A stretch of DNA of 64,000 nt, taken from positions 1,600,001-1,664,000 of the forward strand of contig OZ219787.1 of assembly GCA_964291285.2 (NCBI GenBank). The letters are read 5' to 3'. Source of the stretch: Alphaproteobacteria bacterium (GTDB lineage: Bacteria > Pseudomonadota > Alphaproteobacteria > Bin95). The notes beneath the pieces are model-generated. The model did no database searches and was not told where the DNA came from. It worked only from the letters and a program-made list of their open reading frames with translations. Position 1 is the stretch's first letter, and each line of letters opens with the position of its first letter. Position numbers and translations under genes: made by a program. This document shows, one piece after another, positions 19,308 through 26,626 of the stretch.

Positions 19308-20558
19308 TCAGAACTGTCGCACGAAGGAGAGTTCGGCGCGGTTTCGTTTGTAGTCGAGGGTCTGGGCGTTGGTATCGCGCTCCTCGCGGATGAGCGAGAG
19401 GCGGGGGCTGAAGCCGAGCACGGTGACGGCGCGGTTGTGCACGGAGAGCGAGAGGCTGCGCGTCTCGTCCCGGCGCGGCCTGCGGTCGATGGTATTGTGG
19501 GCGAAGCCCTGTCCCTGGTATGCGGCGCGCTGCAGGGAGGCGCGCAGGCCGAGGGTGAAGCCGGCCGGCAGCGCGAGCGTCGCGCCGAGGCCGGCCCGGG
19601 GTCCGCGGTTGCGCCAGTGTCCGGCATTGGCGCGGGTCCAGTTGTATCCGGCATGGCCGCCGAGGCGCAGGATCGGCAGGGCGGCCCAGCTTGCGCCGAG
19701 CATCGCATCGCCCGCCGGGCCGTCGAGCCAGTTGCAGCCGCGGCAGTTGCGCCGGGTGGCGCTGGCGTGGGCGAACAGGGCGAGGCGCGGCGTCAGGCGG
19801 TGCGCGCCTTCCAGCCGGACGCCGAAGCGGTCGGTCTCGGGCCGCCCGGCGGTCCATTGCCGGTCCACCACCGCCAGCAGGCTCGCCTCCGTGCTCCCGT
19901 CGATCAGCCGGCGCGGGCCGATATGGGCCGAGAGCGAATGGCGGTCGAACGCCCCGCCCTTGTATTCCCGCGCGCTGGCGTCCGCCCCGGCGCGCAGCCG
20001 CAGGGCCGGCGAAAGCGGAACCTGGTATTCGCCGCCGCCCCACAGCGAGACGCCGATGCCCGACTTGCGCGACACGTCGCCGTCGAGGGTGAAGGGCAGG
20101 CGCCCGAACGGCGTGTCGAGGAAGACCGTGCGCTCCCCCGACGCGGCGTTGAGGTTGCTGTCGGGCGCCACCGCCAGGCCGAAATGCGCCTCCCAGCGCC
20201 GCCGCGCGCGCATGATGTCGAGAAAGCGCCGGATGTTGGCGGCCACCGCCGGCGGCGGCGTCCCCGCCAGCACCTGTTCGAAATGCCGCCGCGCCAGGCT
20301 GTCCTCTTCCTTCAGGAAGAAGGCGTGCGCGAGTTCCAGACGCACCCGCACCAGGTCCGGGCGGTCCACCAGGATGGCCCGGAACGCCGCAATCGCCTCG
20401 TCGAGCTTCCCGTCGCGGGCGTCCCGGTCCGGGGCGGCCTGCGCGGCGGCAAGCGCCTCCATGCCCGCCCGGAACCGCTCGCCGGTCGCGTCCTGGCCGT
20501 GGGCCGCGGCGGCGAACAGATACAGCCCGGCCGCAATGACGAGAGCGGGTATGCGCAT
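19308..20558 (-). CDS. Slam-like outer-membrane surface-lipoprotein translocon (DUF560, type XI secretion)
   Basis: Signal peptide; TPR-like 'P.LVRVRLELA.A.F...ED.LAR.HF..VL'; 'APDSNLNAAS' barrel entry; amphipathic strands; C-terminal beta-signal 'AELSFVRQF'. Confidence 0.82.
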   Translation of the reverse strand: MRIPALVIAAGLYLFAAAAHGQDATGERFRAGMEALAAAQAAPDRDARDGKLDEAIAAFRAILVDRPDLVRVRLELAHAFFLKEEDSLARRHFEQVLAGTPPPAVAANIRRFLDIMRARRRWEAHFGLAVAPDSNLNAASGERTVFLDTPFGRLPFTLDGDVSRKSGIGVSLWGGGEYQVPLSPALRLRAGADASAREYKGGAFDRHSLSAHIGPRRLIDGSTEASLLAVVDRQWTAGRPETDRFGVRLEGAHRLTPRLALFAHASATRRNCRGCNWLDGPAGDAMLGASWAALPILRLGGHAGYNWTRANAGHWRNRGPRAGLGATLALPAGFTLGLRASLQRAAYQGQGFAHNTIDRRPRRDETRSLSLSVHNRAVTVLGFSPRLSLIREERDTNAQTLDYKRNRAELSFVRQF

Positions 20559-20616
20559 GAAAACCCCTGTCCGTGAAAGGGAACCTCCGGCCGCCCGGAG
20601 GGCGCCGGAGGAAAGA

Positions 20617-20647
20617 AGGCCCCGGCCGCCTGAAGCAGCCGGGGCCT
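20617..20647 (-). terminator. Putative intrinsic terminator/attenuator between lipoprotein and Slam genes
   Basis: 10-bp stem AGGCCCCGGC/GCCGGGGCCT followed on the minus strand by a short pyrimidine run (TCTTT). Confidence 0.5.
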
Positions 20648-20670
20648 GAACCGGATGTTCCGGGAGCGGG

Positions 20671-22416
20671 CTACTCTGCCGGCGCCTGTATCCTCGTCGA
20701 GAAGGCGCCGGCAGCCGACCCGTTCGGGAAATGGGTGTTGAAGGTGCCCAGGTAACCGGCCGGGCGCCCCACGCCGTCCGGGCTGAAAGGGGTACCCTGC
20801 CAACTGCCGGGCTTGTCGAAGGCGGTGCTGCCGCTGGAACCCGTGGCCAAGCCCTCGGCATCGAAGCTGACATGCTTTGTCTGCGCGAGCTTGACGCTCC
20901 ACTTCTCGTCGACGGCATTCCCCATGAAGTTGTCGATCTTTCCTTCTATTTTGGGATCAGCCCCGAACTTGGCGTTGAGCGTCACATCCGCCGTGAACCG
21001 TGCGGTCTTCTGCCCCGTGTGCTCGCCAGCGGTGTAGAGCTTCAGCGCCGACAGGCCAAAGGCTTCGCCCTTGTAGGTGGCAGTGTTCGGGAGAGTGGTG
21101 CTCTTGCCGTAATCTCCGCGACTGACGGCAGGGCTGTTTGCCATGACCGCAATCCCGGTGGTTGTGCCGGTTCCATACAGCCAGTACCCGTAGCGGACAT
21201 AGCCTTGGTACTCCGTGTAGTGGGAGTTCCTCGGCGTTATCCAGTAGTAGCGATACGAGCCCGCGTAGCCATCGTCGAATTCGTCGGCCGCCTTGAAGAA
21301 CAGGTTGCCGGTCAGCTTGCCGCCCTCGGCAGAGCATGTGCCCTGGCAATACAGCGTCCCCTTGACCCCCTTGTAATACTGGTCGGCGAGCATGCCGCCG
21401 GTGAGCGTGGGATACGCCGTCAGGGCCGTTCCGCTCGAGTCGGTGAGTGAGGACAGGGGCATCCCGGCAAGGGGCAGGACATCGACATCCATGTTGTCGG
21501 TGCCGAAGGCCTTCTTCACGAGCATCCCATCCTTGGCGGCAATCTGCTCCCAGGTCATGACGCCGGCCGGGAGTTCGCCATCGTCATACTTGTGATAGAA
21601 CATGGATCTCCGATCGGCGACCTCCCCGGTGGCGATGACCTTCCTCGGCGGCATGGAGACCCCGGAGAGGGTCCCTGTCGGCCTCGGACTGTACTGAGAC
21701 GTGCCGTTTTTGCCATCGTAACCGCCGGTGCGGGTCGAGCCGGAGCGAGCTGAGGCCGCAGGCGACAAGGTATCAAGCAGCCGCCTCGCGGGCCTTGACG
21801 ATGTAGCGTTGTCGAAGCCAGCGGTAGCGAGGGTTTCGCCGGCGCGGTCCTTGATTTCCGCCTCGGTATCGACCCTCGAGAAATAGTCTCCGATCGTGCC
21901 GGCCCCGGTCAGGGTCTTCTCGATGGCCTTGATCTCCGCTTTCACTGTTTCGATCTGACCCGTGACCACCTTCTTCTGCGCCGCAAGGCCGGTCGTGCCG
22001 GCCGGCAGGGCGTTCAGGTCCGTCTGCGCCTTCTCGGCCGCCGTCAGCGCCGCCTTGGCGTCCGCCAGCGCCTTCTCGGCCGCCGCCTTCGCGGCCGTCA
22101 CGAGCGCGGCGTTGGTCCGGACCACCGAGCTGTCGCCGCCTGTATAGTAGATTTGCTGAGCGAATTGGGGCGGCTCGACCGCCTTCTTGACCGCGGCCAG
22201 CTGAGCTTCCGCTTCCTTCTTGGCATCCATCGCCGCCGTCTCGGCTGCCGCGGCGGCGTCGTAGGCCGCCTGCGCCTTCTGGACGTCCGTCATCTCCATC
22301 TGCTGGTCGCCGTCCATCGGCGCGGCCGCCTTCTTCCCGCCACCGCCTCCGCAGCCCGCGAGCGCCAGGCCCGCAGCGGCCATCGCCGCCAGAGCCACAT
22401 GTCTCATGGTCCTCAT
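20671..22416 (-). CDS. Surface lipoprotein with Ala/Lys-rich helical stalk and C-terminal TbpB/fHbp-like beta-barrel
   Basis: Lipobox LAG-C followed by GGGGG linker; C-terminal 'TATYKGEAFG..ARFTADVTLNAKFG...IEGKIDNF..GSWQG.F....GTFN.HF.NG.AAGAF' typical of Slam substrates. Confidence 0.78.
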   Translation of the reverse strand: MRTMRHVALAAMAAAGLALAGCGGGGGKKAAAPMDGDQQMEMTDVQKAQAAYDAAAAAETAAMDAKKEAEAQLAAVKKAVEPPQFAQQIYYTGGDSSVVRTNAALVTAAKAAAEKALADAKAALTAAEKAQTDLNALPAGTTGLAAQKKVVTGQIETVKAEIKAIEKTLTGAGTIGDYFSRVDTEAEIKDRAGETLATAGFDNATSSRPARRLLDTLSPAASARSGSTRTGGYDGKNGTSQYSPRPTGTLSGVSMPPRKVIATGEVADRRSMFYHKYDDGELPAGVMTWEQIAAKDGMLVKKAFGTDNMDVDVLPLAGMPLSSLTDSSGTALTAYPTLTGGMLADQYYKGVKGTLYCQGTCSAEGGKLTGNLFFKAADEFDDGYAGSYRYYWITPRNSHYTEYQGYVRYGYWLYGTGTTTGIAVMANSPAVSRGDYGKSTTLPNTATYKGEAFGLSALKLYTAGEHTGQKTARFTADVTLNAKFGADPKIEGKIDNFMGNAVDEKWSVKLAQTKHVSFDAEGLATGSSGSTAFDKPGSWQGTPFSPDGVGRPAGYLGTFNTHFPNGSAAGAFSTRIQAPAE

Positions 22417-22498
22417 CGAACCCTTCTCCTTCCTTCTCTCAAGCCCGGACAGACCGGGCAAACCGTTTGAACCGTTCCTTCGCCGCGCGAAACGCCGC

Positions 22499-23599
22499 TC
22501 AGAAGTTCAGCGTGATGCCGGTCACGAACCCGGCGCCCTCGACATTGCTGCCGTCCGCCCGGTCCTTCTCGGCCATGAACAGCGAGCTTCTCCAGGCAAT
22601 GCCCGGCGCCAGCGTGTAGCCCGCCGAAAGCAGGCCGCCCGACTGCTCCGTGCCGTCGTCGGCCTCGGTCATCGTGCCGCTCAGGCTCACCGCCATCGCG
22701 CCTTCCGAATACATCACCCCGGCGGCCACGACCTCGACATCCTCGGGACCGTCCGCCTTCATGCCGTCGTCCGCCGTGGCGTAGGCGACATCGAAGCTGA
22801 ACGCCCCCATGCCCACCCGCAGGCCGGCATTCGTGTAGGTCATGTCGTCGGCGTCCATCTGGCTCTTCTGGTAGTGGCCCGCAGAGAACGCCAGGTTCAT
22901 GTTGCCGAAATCGCCCTTGTAGTTGCCGCCGACCGACCAGGCGTCGTCGTCATTGTTCATCACATTGCCGCCACGGCCTTCCTGCTTCGTGTTCGGGATG
23001 TAGCTCACGCCCATCTGCGCGCCGTTCACCCGCGGCGTGAAGTAGCTCACCAGGTTCCTGTCGCCGAGGCCGTGGCCCGCGGTCCCCAAGCCCTTCACGC
23101 TGCACTCGTCGATGCCCTTGATCCATCTGCCCATGTCGCCGCAGTTCATGCCGAAACCGGCATCCCGCACGCCCATGTGGGTGAGAACCACCGCGCTGTC
23201 CTCGGCTCCCAGCGTGATCTGACCGAACTCGCCGCCAACCGTCACCTGCGACTCGTCAATCATCTTGTCCGAACTGTTGCCCTCGAGCTCCACCTTCACC
23301 AAGAAGGTCATGCCGTTGTCGGCTTCCAGCTTGCCCTTGAAGAAGATCTCGCTGTCCGACTGCTGGGCAACGCCGCCCTCGACCGTCGCGTCCGCCTCGT
23401 CGTCCACATCGACCATCCCGAACCACTGCTGCATGTAGCCGCCGACGCCCACGCTCAGCATGTCCGCCGCAGACGCGGGACCCGCCGCAAGCGCAAGACC
23501 CGAGGCCGCAAGAAGAACCTTGCCCGTGAAACCCCGCGCTCGGCATCCGCCATGCAGCCTGCCGTCCCCCGGCCATGCCGGGCCATGTCTTGTCGTCAT
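22499..23599 (-). CDS. Outer-membrane porin (alphaproteobacterial Porin_4-like)
   Basis: Signal peptide ending ASA; 'DSEIFFKG.LEADNG.TF..KVELEG', 'G.FG.ITLG', 'SYFTPR.NG', C-terminal 'GITLNF'; GAAGGAG RBS. Confidence 0.85.
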   Translation of the reverse strand: MTTRHGPAWPGDGRLHGGCRARGFTGKVLLAASGLALAAGPASAADMLSVGVGGYMQQWFGMVDVDDEADATVEGGVAQQSDSEIFFKGKLEADNGMTFLVKVELEGNSSDKMIDESQVTVGGEFGQITLGAEDSAVVLTHMGVRDAGFGMNCGDMGRWIKGIDECSVKGLGTAGHGLGDRNLVSYFTPRVNGAQMGVSYIPNTKQEGRGGNVMNNDDDAWSVGGNYKGDFGNMNLAFSAGHYQKSQMDADDMTYTNAGLRVGMGAFSFDVAYATADDGMKADGPEDVEVVAAGVMYSEGAMAVSLSGTMTEADDGTEQSGGLLSAGYTLAPGIAWRSSLFMAEKDRADGSNVEGAGFVTGITLNF

Positions 23600-23950
23600 C
23601 GTCTCGTCTCCTTCAGGTGAAAGCCCGTCCGCAGCGCCCGTCGACCGCCGCACGCCGGAGAAGGCGCACGACGGGGCGGCAGGTCACCGGGGACGGGAGG
23701 TGAAGCCGCGGCCCCGGAAAGGCCGCGGCAGAAAGCGTGACGGGGAAAGCCGGGCCGCCCGCAAGGCGGTCATGCCGCAAGCGCGGCGGGCGCGCTCCCG
23801 CGCGCTGCCCGGCAACCTGTCCATCTGCACGCGCCCGGCGCTCCTCCGCAGAGGACGCACGGGCGGGAAAGACAACAATCAGGCGGGAGCCGCTCTCCCG
23901 ATGGCGAACCGGCAGACCGGCGCCAGAAGACGGCATATGAAAGACATGAA

Positions 23951-24047
23951 GAGGCGCGAGGCGCGAGGCGCGAGGCGCGAGGCGCGAGGCGCGAGGCGCG
24001 AGGCGCGAGGCGCGAGGCGCGAGGCGCGAGGCGCGAGGCGCGAGGCG
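23951..24047. repeat. Perfect heptanucleotide tandem repeat (GAGGCGC)x13 plus GAGGCG
   Basis: 97 nt of uninterrupted 7-bp units read directly. Confidence 0.97.
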
Positions 24048-24965
24048 TATTCTACACCGTGTTCGAGCCGCTGAAGTCAAGTCCGGATACACCCGCCGCT
24101 GAGATGGCCCGGAACCTCTAACCCGGCCGCACGACACCGCACAAGCTCCCGGACCAACCCCCACGCCGATTTTACCGACCTGTTGCATCCATGCCACAGT
24201 CAGCCGCCGACGGGCCCCCGCAAACCGGGCCCGCGGCGCCCATCGACGACCGGCAGGCGCGGCTTTCTCCACCGGCGTGCAATGGAACGCAATGGAGCGT
24301 CCGCTGCCGCGTCTTCCCCACTCCAGGCCCGCCGCCGCCAGCGGCGCATCGACAAATGCGCCGCCCTCCCCCGGGTCTCGTCCCCGCTCTCCCGGTTCGC
24401 CATCCGCCGCCGCTCGATCCGCGACAGGACCGCCGCCTCCCGCAGCACCCGGAGCAGAAGGTTCGTTGACGGACCCGCCGCCCCGGCGCCTCCACCGGGC
24501 CGGCGAGCCGGTGCGCGATGTAGCGGAAGACCATCATGCCGGACCGCCTGCGCGCTCGCCGATGCGCGCCCGTTTCCCGCCGGGCGCCATCACCGCGCGC
24601 TGCGCCGCCCGGCGGCCGGCTCATGACGACGCTCCCGCAACCGCCGCAGCCGTCACCATTCCGATTTCCATCGGCCAACATGCTTGCGTTTCTCCTGTAT
24701 CAATTATGGTATTCATCCTCTCAAGAGGTGATTCGGTGCATCACCGCTATGATCCTGACTGTCTTCGCATCAGGAGACTATCCATGCATGGAGCTATCCT
24801 CCATGCCCCCCTGAGCACAACGCATTGTCCTTGTTCACTTCCCCCAGTGCCATTATCGCCTTTACGGCTTCCTCGTAGGTCAATCCGGTTTCCTGCCATT
24901 GCCTCTTGTCATGCCCGGAAATATCCAGTATTCAGGCCCCCCTCATGGGAGGAATGCGACCTTTC

Positions 24966-24975
24966 GTCAGATAGT
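24966..24975. repeat. Right subterminal inverted repeat GTCAGATAGT
   Basis: Perfect reverse complement of 16836-16845. Confidence 0.7.
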
Positions 24976-25004
24976 GCCCTAACGTGAAAAATCTCATTTG
25001 AGAT

Positions 25005-25112
25005 TTACACCAGAGAGGCGGCGATGCGCGCGCCCTCGGCGTCGGAACAGCCCGCCGCAGCGAAGGCTTCGCCGATCAGGGATTCGGCGGTTTCGACCGG
25101 TATGCGGGGCAC
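25005..25112 (-). pseudogene. Ldh_2 dehydrogenase N-terminal fragment (35 aa), cut by the element
   Basis: GAGGAG RBS then GTG; MPRIPVETAESLIGEAFAAAGCSDAEGARIAASLV* joins in frame to SANLAGHDSHG starting across the core. Confidence 0.85.
25007..25013. repeat. Right att core (ACACCAG)
   Basis: Identical to 16808-16814; abutted by palindrome AAATCTCA-TT-TGAGATTT (24989-25006). Confidence 0.85.
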
Positions 25113-25122
25113 CGGGTTCTCC

Positions 25123-26157
25123 TCAGAGTGTCGGGAACAGCACTCCGAAGACGATACCGGAGAGGACCGCGCCGGCAAATCCGAGTCCGACATAGGCCGC
25201 GAAGACAGGACGCCGCACCACCGCATAGACGGCCGTCATGGCCGGGATGCAGCTCACCGCGCCCGCCACCATGAAGGCCATGCCGGCGCCGTTGGTCATG
25301 CCCTGCTCGATCAGCCCGGCAACGAGCGCCGGGGCCGCATAGCCGTTGAGATAGGCGGGCGCGCCCACCAGCGCGGCGGTGACGATCGGCAGCAGGCCCT
25401 CGCCGCCGACCGCGCCGGCGATCGCCTCGGCCGGCAGCCATGCCAGCATCAGGCTCTCCAGCAGGTAGGCGAGCGTCAGCCATTTGAGCAGGAAGAGGGC
25501 GTTTTCCTTCGCCTCGCCGGCGAAGACCCGCCGGCGGTCCGCATGGCCCCAGAAGCGCCATTCGGGCGTGCCGCCGAAGGCGCTCGGCGCGCCGCAGCAG
25601 CCGCCGGCCTCGCGCGGCTTCACCGGATCGGCGAAGAAGCCGGCGCGCACCGCCGCCTGCATGGCGAAGCCGCCCATCAGGCCGACGCCGACGGCGGCGG
25701 CCGTCTTGCCGATGGCGAAGGGCCAGCCGAGCGCGCCGGCGGTGATGAGGAGGGCGGCCGGGTCGATCAGCGGCGAGGACAGCCAGAACGCCATCACCGC
25801 CGAGACCGGCGTGCCGAGCGCCAGCAGCGCGGCGATGAAGGGGATCACCTCGCAGGAGCAAAAGGGCGCGAGGCCCCCGACCAGCGCCGCCAGCACGATC
25901 ATCCGGCTCTCCCGCCCGACGAAGGCCCGCGCCACCAGCGCATCGGCCCCCGTCGCCTTCAGCACCGCGACCGCCAGCACCGCAAAGGCGATGAAGGGCA
26001 GGGTGTGCAGGAGCGCGCTGAGCGTGAAGGAGACGGAGGGGCGGAACTGCGCCGGGTCGGCAAGGGCGACCGCAGCCAGAATGGCGAGCACGGCCAGCCA
26101 GACGCGGCCGATTTTCGGCCATTCGAGGCGTTGCAGCGCAGCGGCGAGGGCGGTCAT
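25123..26157 (-). CDS. ArsP/DUF318-type permease
   Basis: 'GGLAPFCSCEVIP', 'MAFWLSSPLIDP', Cys pair 'GGCCG' in loop, 'GAPAYLNGYAA', 'GAVSCIPA'. Confidence 0.8.
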   Translation of the reverse strand: MTALAAALQRLEWPKIGRVWLAVLAILAAVALADPAQFRPSVSFTLSALLHTLPFIAFAVLAVAVLKATGADALVARAFVGRESRMIVLAALVGGLAPFCSCEVIPFIAALLALGTPVSAVMAFWLSSPLIDPAALLITAGALGWPFAIGKTAAAVGVGLMGGFAMQAAVRAGFFADPVKPREAGGCCGAPSAFGGTPEWRFWGHADRRRVFAGEAKENALFLLKWLTLAYLLESLMLAWLPAEAIAGAVGGEGLLPIVTAALVGAPAYLNGYAAPALVAGLIEQGMTNGAGMAFMVAGAVSCIPAMTAVYAVVRRPVFAAYVGLGFAGAVLSGIVFGVLFPTL

Positions 26158-26186
26158 CCGGCCGGTCCTTATTTCTATATTTCTAA

Positions 26187-26510
26187 CTAGATCGAAATAT
26201 GCCGATGTCCCGGAGATTTGTCAACCTCGTCCGCGCAACATTCTTTCAGCAGGAAACCCAGCGTTTCGTTCATCGCCTCCGCATTGGCGCGGCAGATGAG
26301 CGTGGTGCCGCGCCGCTCACGGCTCATCAGGCCGCAATCCGCCAGCCGGCGCAAATGGTGCGAGAGCGTGGAGCGGGGCACGCCCGTGCGCTCATGGATG
26401 TCGTTGACGGCAAGCCCCCGCTCGCCCGCCCGCACTACATGGCGGAACACGGCAAGCCGCGTCTCGTTGCCGAGCACTTCCAGGCGGACGGCGATTTCTC
26501 CAAGCGTCAT
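26187..26510 (-). CDS. ArsR/SmtB family transcriptional regulator
   Basis: 'LGNETRLAVFR.VV.AG..G', HTH 'STLSHHL..L..CGL..RER.G', C-terminal 'ECC'. Confidence 0.88.
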   Translation of the reverse strand: MTLGEIAVRLEVLGNETRLAVFRHVVRAGERGLAVNDIHERTGVPRSTLSHHLRRLADCGLMSRERRGTTLICRANAEAMNETLGFLLKECCADEVDKSPGHRHISI

Positions 26511-26626
26511 GAGGCTGGAGTATAGAGCGGAAACGGGCCTTTCGCGCCGTAAATCGGGCCGTCGCCTTTGTCTCCCTTGTATGTCTCCGGTTCATTGCCG
26601 CGGCTATCGTTGCGACGGCGGGCGCA

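Larger units (their letters stand above)
16808..25013. mobile_element. ~8.2-kb integrative element with tandem tyrosine recombinases and porin/lipoprotein/Slam cargo
   Basis: Direct 7-bp core ACACCAG at 16808-16814 and 25007-25013; splits the Ldh_2 gene in register; inverted repeat ACTATCTGAC/GTCAGATAGT near both ends; two integrase genes at the left end. Confidence 0.9.

Noticed and set aside
20671-22416. Diversity-generating retroelement acting on the lipoprotein
   Set aside because: No reverse transcriptase and no template/variable repeat pair seen
23951-24047. Possible CRISPR array
   Set aside because: Contiguous 7-bp units without spacers; no cas genes in the window
23460-24272. ORFs containing REARGAR / LAPRASR peptide repeats
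   Set aside because: These are translations of the 7-bp DNA repeat; there is no independent coding evidence
24172-24681. Possible small genes (e.g. excisionase) in the right arm of the element
   Set aside because: No frame gave a recognisable HTH or other motif; cannot be supported from sequence alone
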